The notes: generated by a model from the letters alone, not told the origin. A stretch of DNA of 64,000 bases from Octopus vulgaris (GCA_951406725.2 OX597823.1:27528001-27592000); one strand, 5' to 3'; shown: positions 39,938-53,310, counted from the stretch's first letter. Numbers and translations are program-made.

Positions 39938-40070
39938 TATACAGTAGAGTATTGTTTCTACCTTGTGGATTTTCTCCTAATGTGGGGTGGGGTGGGGGAT
40001 TGGAGCGTAAAACCCACAATAGTCAAGGGATTACTATATACCAATCTATACACACACACACATACTTAAG

Positions 40071-40273
40071 ATTAGTTCAAATATGTTTGACTTATTTTAA
40101 CCTCTAATGGCAATTTTACTGCAGTTGACCATGTCAAAAGTAGAGGGCAGCACTGAACAGACAATGGTGCGTTTACACCTTTAGCATAATCAAGAAATTT
40201 TTTCTCCATGGTAAACTACAGTAAAATTGCCTTTAACAAGTTCAAGATATGTCACAAAAATATTTGAACTAAT
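40071..40273. mobile_element. Old MITE with ~60-bp imperfect TIRs
   Basis: attagttcaaatat..ggcaattttactgcagttgaccatg / catggtaaactacagtaaaattgcc..atatttgaactaat. Confidence 0.6.
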
Positions 40274-40364
40274 ATATAGTTTGTTTATTTCTCATCACTG
40301 CTTTGTGCTAATACTTATATACATATGCACAAGCATACAAATATAGCTACATATACACACACAT

Positions 40365-40770
40365 ACTCTTTACCCTTTTACTTGTTTCAGTCATTTGACT
40401 GTGGGCATGCTGGAGCACTGCTTTTAGTCGAGCAAATCGACCCCAGGACTTATTTGTTGTAAGCCTAGTACTTATTTTATTGGTCTCTTTTGCCGAACTG
40501 CTAAGTTACGGGGACGAAAACACACCAGCATCAGTTGTCAAGCGATGTTGTGGGGACAAACACAGACACACAAACATATACACACCCATACATATATATA
40601 TATATATACGACGGGCTTCTTTTCAATTTCCGTCTACCAAATCCACTCACAAGGCTTTGGTCTGCCCGAGGCTACAGTAGAAGACACTTGCCCAAGGTGC
40701 CATGCAGTAGGACTGAACTGAAACCATGTGATTCGTAAGCAAGCTACTTACCACACAGCCACTCCTATGC
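40365..40770 (-). mobile_element. SINE family B, full length
   Basis: Homology to 5603-5998. Confidence 0.88.
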
Positions 40771-41142
40771 CTATACATGTGTGTGCATACAAAAAAAAAA
40801 CTAAATATATACATGCATCTGTTAATAGACGTGTACTGCAATATGTCTGAAAAGAAAAAAACATCACACATAGACACAACCTTGTGTGTGCATGTGTAGG
40901 GGGAAAGTATATCATGGTACAGGTTATTCATACTGATCAGACCAAAACCCCTTTGAGTTTTTCGCTTTTAAGTATACACAGAAACGTGTGTGTGTGTGTG
41001 TGTGTTACTAGTTGATGCATATAAACAAACAAGATTGCCTGCTGATCAGCCACATGAAACTTATGAAATTTGACACTCAAGTTCAGGCAGTTCATTTTTT
41101 ACCAATCTACAGAGAAATCGAGAAATCTGCCATGTTTACATA

Positions 41143-41775
41143 CACAGCTGGCCAAAAGTCACCTGACAGCAAATCAAAACTCCATAAATACAATCTGTAA
41201 TTCTGAAATGACTCGAATGGAAAAATGTGTCACTCAAGAAGGACTTCAATTTGAACTATTTTCATGATGTTTCATATTAAGATGCTTTTATTAAATTCAT
41301 TCAGTTCTCTTTATATATAAAAGTGAAGTTGTGTGTCTGTCTCCTATGATTTAGATTCCTAACTACTCCCACATTTTGCGGTGCAGTTTAACCAAAACCG
41401 GGTATCTTATAGTCGTGATTCATATCGAGCCCTTCTGGGTATTAGCACGCGTCTACGATGAGTCTACGATTTAAAAAAAAATTTACCATCATTTTTTTCC
41501 ATTTTAATGCATTTTTTCGCTATTATATAAGGAAAGTAACTCTCTAAAAATGTCTACGATGAGTCAACGATTTAAAAAAAATTTACCATCATTTTTTTTC
41601 CATTTTTAATGCATTTTTTTTTGCTATTTTTTGGCTATAACTCTCTAAAAATGCTTATATAGTTATTTCCCTTACAAACCTGAGCAACGCCGGGCGATAC
41701 TGCTAGTTAAACATAAATAAATCTTGGAATTAAATGGTTTTGATTTACTGTCAGCTGATCTTTTGGCCAATCCTG
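41143..41775. mobile_element. Tc1/mariner-like MITE hosting the Helitron
   Basis: Imperfect ~35-bp TIRs tggccaaaagtcacctgacagcaaatcaaaac / gttttgatttactgtcagctgatcttttggcca; TA flanks. Confidence 0.65.
41306..41706 (+). mobile_element. Non-autonomous Helitron
   Basis: 5' TCtctttatatataaaa; 3' hairpin CCTGagcaacgcCGGG followed by CTAG|T; internal ~100-bp tandem duplication. Confidence 0.8.
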
Positions 41776-42190
41776 TATATCATACCTTGATACTGTATGG
41801 ACTGTGATCCCTATTCAAAAGCTGCTGATATTAAATAAAGTGTTAAACAATTATGATATGCAAATTAGTGGCTCCAGTTCTCTAGAGCTATGGGATTTGT
41901 TGTGTAAATAAATAGATTGGCTGCTGATGCTTCTGGGTCATGTGATGTGAACATCACTGATGAAACAATTTGGGTTGAAAACAGATAAAAGTTGTTCATT
42001 ATATCTTTCTTTTTTTTTCAATCTGTAGAGAAATAACTAAATTTGCCAAGTTTGTATATATATATATATATATATATACATACACGTCTATATGTTTATG
42101 TGCTTCATCATCATCATCATTTAGCGTCCGTTTTCCATGTTAAACCGTCCAAATGATGATGATGATGAAGCACATAAACATATAGACATG

Positions 42191-42226
<36 letters not shown>

Positions 42227-43121
42227 TATATACAAGCACACACACACACACACATACATACAAATGCACACACATATACACACACATATACATATACACA
42301 CAACCACACACACCCATATACACACAAACACACACACCCATATATATATATATATATACACGTATACAGACACACATATCTATATGTAAATATGCACATT
42401 TGTTTAAAAAACAACATATAGAATATTGGGCTAAAAACTTCCCAGGATAGAAATAATTTCAAAGACTTCACAAGTTAGCACATCTGTCATGTCCACAGAT
42501 TATGTGGGTTCAAGTCCCATTGGTGCCTTCAATTTTTTTTTTTTTTTCTATCCAAGAAGTTTAATTATTTATTATTGTCCACTTGAAGTTCCGCCATTAA
42601 AACAATTTATTTCTTATCTCTCTAAATTTCCAAAAGAAAAGCATATAATTTTTATAACGTAAACAATATTTTTATATAAATGGGAGAAAAAGTACATGTC
42701 ACATTTAGTAGAGTTTATTCATGGGCTTCAAACTGAGGATTCACTCCAGCACTGCTCCAATTTTCTCACTTTTCTGCTTTCGTTCTGATGGCATAGAGAC
42801 AAATATGTTTTATGTGTGTTGAGAGAGAAAGAGAGCAGGAAGAATAGGGAGGAGGGAAGAGAGAGAATGACATACATACACACACACATATAGATATATA
42901 TATATATATATATATTATATATGTATATAAGCAGAGAGATGAAAGATGAAGCAACAAATAGACAAAAGCATTTTTTCAATATTTGGCGAGTTTTGTTTTT
43001 TATCTGGAAAATAACTTTTTGCATACAAATTATTTGATATTTTAATGTTTACACTGTTAGATATTTGAGGGGAGGGGTAAAGAAAAGTGGACAGAAATAT
43101 CTGGTGAAGAAATGATGAGAA

Positions 43122-43159
<38 letters not shown>

Positions 43160-43680
43160 TATAGAGCAATCAAGATGGGGGGAGGAGAGGAAAGGCAAGA
43201 GAAAGAGGCAGAACAGCAAAGGGAATTAGAGGAATGAGAATGATATGAGAGAGAAAGAAGAGATGAAAGAATAAAAAAAAGGATAAAAGGTAAGGTGGGG
43301 AGGGGGTAAATGACTTTTAAAAATATATAAAGGAAAAAGGGAAAGTAAAAATAAATTGGTCTAATTTGATCATTTCTATAGAAAACAAAATGGATCAGTC
43401 CAGCACCCCTATCTTAAATAAAATATATCTGGTCCATCCCTCATAAAACACTGATTGTTACAGCAATTTTATTGCTTGGAGAGGGTTTTGTTGTGGTAGT
43501 TAGAGGCTAGCTAGAGTGACTGAGGCAGAAATGGTAAGTGTGAGGATGGATGACAAGAGGAGTGTGTGGGAATGAATAAAAATGAGGGGAGGGGATGAAG
43601 GTGAAAGTGAGAGGCAAAGCGAGACATAAGGAATGAAGGAGAATGTGTGATTTTTTTTTTTTATTAGTTCAATCTGGTCA

Positions 43681-43864
43681 GGTTCTGTATGGCCTTTGAA
43701 GGTCTTATATGGTCTCTGAAGGTCTTGTATGGTCTCTGAAGGTCTTGTATGATCTCTGACGGTCTTGTATGGTCTCTGAAGGTCTTGTATGGTCTCTGAA
43801 GGTCTTGTATGGTCTCTGAAGGTCTTGTATGGTCTCTGAAGGTCTTGTATGGTCTCTGAAGGTC
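43681..43864. repeat. 20-bp minisatellite, ~9 copies
   Basis: ggtcttgtatggtctctgaa repeated. Confidence 0.95.
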
Positions 43865-44664
43865 CTCTAAGACCAGTGACATTGATGTAGTTAATGTCCA
43901 GTGTAAATTGTCATAAAGAAAGGGCTGGTTGTAGTAGGAAAGGAAGAGGGTTGTTTTATGATACACACAATATGGGGGAATGAAAGAAAGAAGAGGAGTG
44001 AATCTAGAGTTCTTGAGTGGATTCAACATAAGAGCAGCCAGCTCTAAAGTTCAGAGGCCAGTATTGTAGCAGTATAAATGTCTGTGAGAGGAGACAGCCT
44101 GTCTGTGGGCCAGAGATAATGTTTGAGAGAGAGAGAGAGAGTGTGAGACCATAGATAGACAGAGAAAGGAAGACTGCAAGAGAGGAATGTAAGAGAGAGA
44201 GAAAGAGAGAGAGAGTAAAGTGGGAGAAACCCAATGATAATTACACTTATCAAAAACTCATCAAAGAGACACATGTAATTAGGTAGAACATGATGAAGTG
44301 GAAGAGGGGAAAGGAGAATCAGAGGTTAAGATACGACTGGGATAAGATGTAAATGAATGTAGCAGCAGTATAGAAATGTGTTGGTCATCATCATCATCAT
44401 CATCATTGCTACTGTTGTCATCATCTCCATTATCATCTTCATTATCATCCTCATCACCTCCATAGCAATAATTGTCATAGTTGTATCACAATTGCCCTCA
44501 ACATCAACAACTACACGATCACATCACCACCACTGCCATCATCAACATCACCATTATCATCTCCATCATCATAATCACATCACCATCACCATCAACGTCA
44601 TCATAGAAGATTGAGAAAGGTCACAGGAATTTGCTAAATCTCTGTCAGAATCTTTGTAATCCTG

Positions 44665-44686
44665 TCATGACTGCTTGGGTTTCCTC
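44665..44686 (-). CDS. TMEM68: Probable TMEM68-like terminal coding exon (K)RKPKQS*
   Basis: Strong acceptor ttttctctattgttctcttcAG|G. Phase 2 matches the GTAAGT donor at 45165. Ends in TGA. Confidence 0.65.
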
Positions 44687-44857
44687 CTGAAGAGAACAAT
44701 AGAGAAAATATTTATGTAAGTCTGGAGATACAGACATAGGCATGTAGTGGTGTACATGTAGGGGTGTAGAAGTAAATGTGTATTGCTATATGTGTGTTGA
44801 TGTGTAAGTGTGTGCGTACATAGGAATGTAGACAGGTGTAGATGCATGTAGTCGTAG

Positions 44858-45023
44858 CAGGGCCAGCCCTAGCATTGCTGGCACCCAGGGAAAACCAAAC
44901 TCTGTCGTGTACAAGCTGATGGTTGTGGAAATTTTCTTGTCTTTGTCACACTCTCCTAGGCGCCCCCTAGCACATGGTGCCCCAGGCAACTGGGTGAGTT
45001 GCTGGTACCTTGAGCTGGCCCTG
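44858..45023. mobile_element. hAT-type MITE
   Basis: TIR CAGGGCCAGC / GCTGGCCCTG; 8-bp TSD agtcgtag / ggttgtag (6/8). Confidence 0.7.
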
Positions 45024-45165
45024 GGTTGTAGATAAGTGTAGTTGTGTGTAGATGTCTCTGTATATGTGTAGGTATGTATAAAGTATATATATATGTGTCG
45101 CTGCATAGGTGTAAATAAGTGAATGTGTGTAAATCATGTAGAAATGTAAGTGTTTTGCTACTTAC

Positions 45166-45251
45166 TTAACAACTCTGTCCAATAAACTTTGTAGAATGCT
45201 GCCAGGAATTCTCTGATGTTTATTGATCAACTCTTGCAGTTTACATTCAAC
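45166..45251 (-). CDS. TMEM68: TMEM68-like penultimate coding exon (or terminal exon if read through to TAA at 45162-45164)
   Basis: ctcttattaAG|...AA|GTaagt, 86 nt, phase 0->2. Encodes VECKLQELINKHQRIPGSILQSLLDRVV with the KHQRIPG motif. Confidence 0.9.
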
Positions 45252-45434
45252 CTTAATAAGAGGCAGAGATTGAAAAGATAAATAAATATAAAAAAAAGAT
45301 CAGAACAGAGATGTAAATATTGTTTAATGTTTACTAAAAAAGAAGTTACATAAAAAAAATACTGTATTTCTAAAAGGACACATCAAGTGTTCCTAGGACA
45401 AACAGTCCTAAAACCCTAGATTACCATTCCTCAA

Positions 45435-46190
45435 GCCAATATGTCACAATTAAGAGAGGGATATTTAAATGTACAAGGTTTGGGGCCGGCATGGAAGCAA
45501 GGACACCTGAAGGATTCCAGGTCATTAAATCTAGATGTGGTAGCTATCAGTGAGACCAGAATATCAGAATACACTAGCTCATTCTCCTTCTGATTCCCTA
45601 CAAGGACCATGTGTGATCCATCCAGCATGGATCGAGTCGGTGGCAGTGATGCTTAAGAAAGACATGAACTTAGTAGCAAGCATAATCTTCCTAGATCCAA
45701 ATGGTAGGTTGGTGGTCCAAGATGTGAGTAACAGTGAAGATGATAATACTTTCAGAGCAGTGGCCATCTATACCCCAATAAAAGTTAGGAGGTCAAATTT
45801 CTTCAAAAGTCTAGAAACTTTCTTAAGAGCATTTCATTTATTAATGTCAGTGGCAACTAGAAAAGCATTTTAAAAGCATGCAGGAATTATGTGGGAATAA
45901 CTAACAGGAAAGTTGGGTGTAAAAGTCTCATAAGATCTGCTCAGGTGTTTCCAATTATCTGACAGGTACCACTTGTATTTTTTCTAACACACCAGTGTTC
46001 ACTTAGACAAAAAGTAGAGCATCATCCAGACCATAGTTAGTTTTCATTAGGTGAACCAATATAAGTTGCATAAACTGACCATAATTACAAATATTTGGTT
46101 ACTCAAAGCCCAAATATGATATTTACAATCATCTGAGACAATAGTAATAAACAAGATCCCAGGTGTTGGAAACTAACCATTTCTTTCTTA
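45435..46190 (+). mobile_element. Decayed L1/Tx1-like AP endonuclease fragment (TMEM68 intron)
   Basis: LNVQGL..LDVVAISETR..DPNGRLVV..AVAIYTP..RCWKLTISFL, similar to the 26.5-27.1 kb copy. Confidence 0.7.
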
Positions 46191-46653
46191 GTACAGAAAA
46201 ATTTAATCAGAGATGGTTGTTCTAAAAGATCCACTAGAAATGGAAACTAGCACAGGTGAAAGGTGTTCCAACCATGATCAACTTGTGGTCCTACCACGGA
46301 CGACATTATCCAATGAGACAGTTGGGTATGAAACAAGGGAGATTTAGCTACTATTCCAAGCAGGTTGAATGACTAATGTAGAGTTCCTCTCCAAGATTCC
46401 ATTGTTTTTACAACATTGATATTGACAATGATAATCCTTTCTATTATAGGCACAAGGCCTGAAATGTTGGGGGAGGGAGTTAGTCAATTAGATCAACCCA
46501 GTATTCAACTGGTAATTATTTTATCAACCCTGAAAGGATGAAAGGTAAAGTCAACTTCAGCAGAATTTGAACTCAGAACCTAAAGATGGACAAAAGGCCA
46601 CTAAGCATTTTGCCCAATGTGCAAACAATTCTGCCAGCTCATCACCTTCACAA

Positions 46654-46691
<38 letters not shown>

Positions 46692-46735
46692 ATAATAATA
46701 ATAATAATAATAATGATTATAATAATAATAATAAA

Positions 46736-47288
46736 ATGCCCTGACGCAGTACCAGGCAGTGGCTCTCATGGCTTCTGATCTTAACTGATTGGAAGTGTTA
46801 TCATGTACATTGTATTGTCTTGGTATAAAAGATGGGCTACAGCAAATATTCTGCTCAATACCACAGATTTACTAGTCAGTTGTTTGACCTTAACCAGTTG
46901 AGCATGTCCCTTCTGTGGCTGACAATATATGCATCTCTGATCACGAGCAGAAGTAGTGGGGGGAGCATCATAGCCATATGTTGAGGGGAATTCTTTGGGG
47001 TTTGAATAATTCACCCCTGGAAACATAGGTGTTTCATTCAACATCCTTAAACAACACTTATTCAGGGACCTTTTGAGCGGGATGGGCTACTTGACCTGAA
47101 AAAAATTCTAACTGGGCCCCACCTGCAAGGTCATGCGCTGTTTATCTTGATATGAGCTCACCATGTCATGCACATATGGTTGTGATGCATGTGCCTAGTG
47201 TACCCTTATCAGATGGGTAGTCATGATGGGTATACTGGGCTTCTTATCTTTTACCCCAGTGTCACTTTGATGGCATGCTCTCTCACTC
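46736..47288. mobile_element. ~550-bp GC-richer non-coding element inserted in (TAA)n
   Basis: Sharp compositional boundaries, (TAA)n on both sides, no TIRs, no recognisable ORF. Confidence 0.55.
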
Positions 47289-47330
<42 letters not shown>

Positions 47331-49558
47331 CATTATCATCCTCATCATTATTATTATTATTATTAATGTAAGTACAAAACCAGCAACTTTGAGGAAGGTG
47401 TGTAATTCAATTATATCACTTTCAGTACTTGACTGGTTCTTATTTTATTTATCTCAAAAGGAAGAAAGGTAAAGCTGACCCCCAGCAAGATTTGAACTCA
47501 AATTGTAAATACCATAAACAAATACTGCAAAACACTTTTTCTTTTGATCTAACGATCTGCCAGCTTCCCACTTGACAATGATGGTAATTATGATTAACAA
47601 GGTTTGGGCCACAGCAATGACACTGCAGAAGACAAATGACAAGGAAAGCAGCAAGAACACAGAAGAATGGCACAAAGGCAGAAATTCGAGGAATGGGGTG
47701 ACTGTTGATTACATCAACACCTAGTCCTGGAGTGGTACTTTATTTTAGCAACATAAAATTAAGGCAACACTAACTTACACAGGATCTGAACTTAGAACTT
47801 ATAGGACTTTAAATAAATAACAGATGACACGTAATCCAACATTATTGATTCTGCCATCTGCATCAAAGATTGATTGGCCACAAATTATGGAGCAGAGTAT
47901 GTATTTAATTTAATCCACCACCAGAGCTGGTATGTATTTCATAAAGCTCTGAAGGATAAATGGTAAAGTCAACTCCAGCAAGATTAGAACATGCAACATC
48001 AAGGAGTGTATTTAAATATTGCAAAGAGTCATTTTGCCATCATTCTACCATTTCTCTCAATGAGTCACCCAAGACTAGAAAATACTCATTTCTAGTAAGG
48101 CACAGTGTTAGGAACTTGGAGTGAATTGACCCCAGTACCTAAATATGTACATGATTTTAACAGTCCTTAGAAAAGATGAAAGGTAAAGTTAACCTCATCA
48201 GAATTCGAACTTGGAATGCCAAGAGTCGCAACTAAATACTGCAAAGCATTTTGCCTGATGCTCTAACAATTCTGCCAATCTACTGCCCCTTCCAAACCTA
48301 AAGGAAGAATACATAAAAGACATTATTGCTATCAAGTTTCAATAATCACTTGATCAAGATTCAATGCTTGTTTTTACTTCTTCTTCTTTTATATTAATAG
48401 CAGAGACAAACTATCATGGAATAGAAAGGGACAAAGGCGGCGAGCTGGCAGAAATGTTAGCACACCAGCTGAAATGCATAGCGGTATTTCATCTGCCGTT
48501 ACGTTTGAAGTTCGAATTCTGCCAAGGTCGACTTTGCTTTTCATCCTTTCGGGGTCAATAAACTAAGTACCAGTTACGCACTGGGATCGATGTAATCGAC
48601 TTAATCCCTTTGTCTATCCTAGTTTGTCACCTCTATGTTTAGCCCCTTGTGGGCAATAAAGAAATAAGAAAGGGTCATAGCATGTAGAAAATGGAGAAAT
48701 TGGGAATGTCACATTGTCATCATTGCAAGAATCAGTGTTGAGCCATGCTTTGTAAGTTTGTCCTCATATTAACCCTTGGCCCAGTACTAACCATCATCCC
48801 ATAGTACCTATGATGTAGACAGGCTGTCATCATCCTTATCACCATTGTTTAATGTCTGCTTTCCATGCTGGCATGGGTTGGATGGTCTGACTGAGCACTG
48901 GCAAGCCAGAAGGCTGCACCAGGCTCCGATCTGTTCTGGCAAGGTTTCTACAGCTTGATGCCCTTCCTAACGCCAACCACTCTGAGAGTGTAGCAAGTGC
49001 TTTTTATGTGCCACTGGCACGGGAGCCAGTCAGGCAGCACTGGTACCAGTCATGTTTGAATGGTGCTTTTTACGTGCCACCAGCATGGGAGGCAGTCAGG
49101 TGGCACTGGCATCAACCACGCTCGAATGGTGCTTTTTACATGATGGTATAACTTTATAGTAATAAGACATAGCTATAAGCCAGTAAAGCAAAAACAGAAT
49201 GTAAGACATTGATTCACATCAATAGCACATAGACCAGCAATGAAACATAACTGTGAACCAGTAAAGCATAGGCTGTACATCAGTAAGATATAGGGATGCT
49301 GCAGAATATAACTATAAGACAGTAAGACATAGGCAGGCAGTAAGACATAGGCATAAGTTGGTAAGAAACAGCAGTAAGTAAATCTCATCCTACTGTGCAG
49401 CACATATACCAGGAATCTTCTATCAATAACTAAGTAGGGAGATAGAGAGATAGAAACTTTCATACATGTGTGTGTGTGTGTGTGTGTGTGTTTGTTTGTT
49501 TGTTTGTTTGTGTGTTACATAATCAGGCAGTTGAATTTCAACTTTTGGCTACGTTTAC

Positions 49559-49622
49559 CTTTTTAGCAAATTCTTCTGGACTTTCTGATTGGTCAGGATA
49601 AATTGGTTCCCCAAATATGGTT
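49559..49622 (-). CDS. TMEM68: TMEM68-like internal exon
   Basis: ctttctttctAG|...AAG|GTaaac, 64 nt, phase 2->0. Encodes (K)TIFGEPIYPDQSESPEEFAKK with the GxPI motif. Confidence 0.9.
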
Positions 49623-50293
49623 CTAGAAAGAAAGAAAAAAGAATGAAATGTTTTCATGAAGATGTCTATTGGCTCCTTTTAGTTAAAAATCAACTATTTC
49701 TTCGGCATCATCCCCACCACCACCACCACCACCACCACAACTATCAGCATCACACCATTGCCATCACCAATATCACTCAAGCTGTACCAAAACTATTGTG
49801 CAATTTCATGTGGATGTCTTTTTAAAAGTATGTCTTGTATAAAAAGCCTCATAAGATCTCATGATACATATTTCTTTACTACCCACAAGGGGCTAAACAC
49901 AGAGAGGACAAACAAGGACAGACAAACAGATTAAGTCGATTATATCGACCCCAGTGCGTAACTGGTACTTATTTAATCGACCCCGAAAGGATGAAAGGCA
50001 AAGTCGACCTCGGAGGAATTTGAACTCAGAACGTAACGGCAGACGAAATACGGCTACGCATTTCGCCCAGCGTGCTAACGTTTCTGCCAGCTCGATACAA
50101 TTGAGCATTGTTGTACATCGAGGTAACCAAGCTTTGTAATGGGCAGACATGCACCATGTATGTACGTGTGTGCGTGCATCTATCATGCGAGCATATATGT
50201 ATGTATACATACACAGAAATTTAAGTTAATAAAAGTATATTTATTAGAATATTAAATGGCTCAAATGTATTTCCAATATGCATATCTAATATT

Positions 50294-50453
50294 GTTGTAT
50301 ACTGTCAATCTAACACGAACGTGACAGTAGGGGGGTACACCACCGCTGTATAGCCCTAGGAAGCATCGACGCCTCCTGATGGCTTTGACAGGGCTATACA
50401 GCAGTGGTGTACCCCACTACTGTCACGTTCGTGTTAGATTGACAGTATACAAC
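50294..50453. mobile_element. Foldback MITE with 64-bp arms and a 32-bp spacer
   Basis: Arms 50294-50357 and 50390-50453, near-perfect reverse complements. Confidence 0.75.
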
Positions 50454-51321
50454 CATTCTATCGCCCCACCACCGTACATGTCTCTACGAGAGATTTAGAA
50501 ATTTAGTATTTCTTATATCTAATATTAATTTTTAAGAAATAAGAGAGGCGACTCTTTGGACATTTTTATCTCCCTTTAAACAAACTTTTGGTTGGGTAGT
50601 TCTGTAATTTGAAATATCAGTTTCAAATTTTGGCACAAGGCCGACCAATTTGGGTGGGGTGTAATAAGTCGATTACATCGACCCCACTACTAAACTGGTA
50701 CTTATTTGATCGACCACGAATTGATGAAAGGCAAAGACTATACCGCTGCGAAATTTCAACTCAAAATATAAAAACAGATGAAATGCTGCTAAGCATTCTG
50801 TCTGGCATAGTAATGATTCACACAGTTTGCCATCTTGTTGAAATATTAATACGAAGATCAATAAGGTAAGTATGCAAAACAACATGCTCAAACGAATTAA
50901 CATGCTAAACTGTACACTTGTCTGGATGAGGTTAAAGAAACAGACAAAAACAAAAACAAAAAATAGGGCCCTTATCCTGTGGATGTTAAGCACCACCAGG
51001 ACTAGCAGGCCCTATGCAAGTCAGACTAATATCTAATTCTCTGTCAAATAAGATGTAAAATAAAAGGAGACAGGAGCAACCCAAAATAGGGTGGTTCAAC
51101 AATACTGTGACAGGGATTGGTATGAGAACCTCAAAACGAATGAAGAAAGACCAAGATGGAAAAGCATTGGTGAAAAAATTCAGGTAATACAAAAGTGGAA
51201 ATGGTATAGGAACAATATATATATATATATATATATATAAAATAAGTATGCTTGTATGTATTATATGAAACATATGTGTGTGTATGTATATATCATCATC
51301 GTTTAGCGTCCGTTTTCCATG

Positions 51322-51359
<38 letters not shown>

Positions 51360-51684
51360 TGTCCGTTGCCAGCCTCGCCTGGCCCCCGTGCGGGTGGCAT
51401 GTAAAAGCACCATTCGTTTGTGTCCGTTGCCAGCCTCGCCTGGCCCCCGTGCGGGTGGCATGTAAAAGCACCATCCATTCGTGGCCGTTTGCCAGCTCCG
51501 TGTGGCACCTGTGCGGGTGGAACGTAAAAAGCACCCACTACACTCATGGAGTGGTTGGCGTTAGGAAGGGCATCCAGCCGTAGAAACACTGCCAGATCAG
51601 ACTGGGCCTGATGCAACCTTCTGGCTTCACAGACCCCAGTTGAACCGTCCAACCCATGCTAGCATGGAAAGCGGACGCTAAATG

Positions 51685-51735
<51 letters not shown>

Positions 51736-52176
51736 GAAATTTACAGAAAAACAAAAGACGAAGACAGGTGTATAAACAACAAGTATGTGTATCAGTTTGA
51801 TGCTCAGGAAGGTAAGAAAGTCTTTTATGTTTTGAGCTTACGCTCTTTAAGAGAAATGAACATGAGGAAATAAACAGAGAAAGAATAAAAAAAAACTTGT
51901 GGAGTTAGCAGTGAATCATAGTGAAGTATATATATACACACACACTTCATTTTGGGATTTGGTTTGCAAGATTCTTTATGTGAGTTAGTGTGTTGAAGCA
52001 TATTTTGTTGTGTCTGAGGAGAGTCATTCTCTTTTAGTACCTTATTATTTAACACACACACACCAGTAAAGTTTCCACTCATTAACTTATTTATTTTTCC
52101 TAAAATTTTTGTTGTATCTTGCAACCTGTTCAATAGTCGTTGACACTCAATGACTCTCCCCACACACAACAATATA

Positions 52177-52262
<86 letters not shown>

Positions 52263-52297
52263 AATGTGTGCCTATTAAAATATATAGATGTATTTAC

Positions 52298-52373
52298 TTT
52301 AATTTTACTGGGAATCCACCATAAATAGGGAGGAGAGGCCATCGTGTTTTCTCATAGAGTTTTCTTAAGATAT
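52298..52373 (-). CDS. TMEM68: TMEM68-like internal exon
   Basis: ttctatttcAG|...AA|GTaaat, 76 nt, phase 1->2. Encodes (N)[24 protein letters not shown] with the YGGFPVKL motif. Confidence 0.93.
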
Positions 52374-53080
52374 CTGAAATAGAAAAAAAAGCACATATAT
52401 ATATTTTCAAAACTTAGAATCATCATCATCATCATCATCTCTTTCTTTACTACCCACAAGGGGCTCAACACAGAGGACAAACAATGACAGACAAACAGAT
52501 TAAGTCGATTATATCGACCCCAGTACATAACTGGTACTTATTTAATCGACCCCGAAAGGATGAAAGGCAAAGTCGACCTCGGCGGAATTTGAGCTCAGAA
52601 CATAGCAGCAGACGAAATACCGATAAGCATTTCGCCCGGCGTGCTAACGATTCTGCCAGCTCGCCGCCTTTTCATCATCATCATCATCATTTAACATCTG
52701 CCTTCCATGCTGGCATGGGTGGATCAGTTTCAGAAGAGCCAGCCAGGCAGAAGCCTGCACCAGACTTCAGTGACTGTTTTGGCAGGATTTTCACATAAAA
52801 ATAATATTGTAGACTGTCACCTTACTCTTTAGACTGCATATTTACAATATTGTATGTGTGCATTACTCTTTGATGGATTTAACTTCCAATAGTTAACAGC
52901 TGTATAGCTGTGTGGTTGAAGGGCTTGCTTCCTAACAATCATGCTATCTTTGGTTCAATCCCACTGCACAACACCCTGAGAAAGTGTCTTCTGTTATAGC
53001 TTTGGGTTAACCAAATCTGTGTGAATGGATTTGGTAGAAAGAAACATGTGTGTGTGTATGTGTGTGTGTACATCATTTTT

Positions 53081-53310
53081 CCTCCATCAAGCCCAATGCT
53101 CAATAGGAACTCAGCCACTTTGCCTCTATAGGGCCCAACACTTGAAAGGAATTCAGCCACTTTGCCTCCATCAGGTCCAATGCTCAAGAGGAACTCAGTT
53201 ACCTTGCTTCCATCAGGCCCAACACTCGAACAGAACTCAGCCACTTTGCTTCCGTCAGGCCCAACACCAGAGAGGAACTCAGCCACTTTGCCTCCATCAG
53301 GCCCAATGCT
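53081..53310. repeat. 42-bp minisatellite, ~5.5 copies
   Basis: aggaactcagccactttgcctccatcaggcccaatgctcaag repeated. Confidence 0.9.

Noticed and set aside
41955-42000. CTGATGA-AAC..GTT-GAAA candidate hammerhead
   Set aside because: No credible stem III or adjacent stem I.
43681-43864. Array-like repeat as CRISPR or coding repeat (LQRPYKTFRDHTRPSE)
   Set aside because: Contiguous 20-bp units with no spacers, in a eukaryotic context, with unit length not a multiple of 3.
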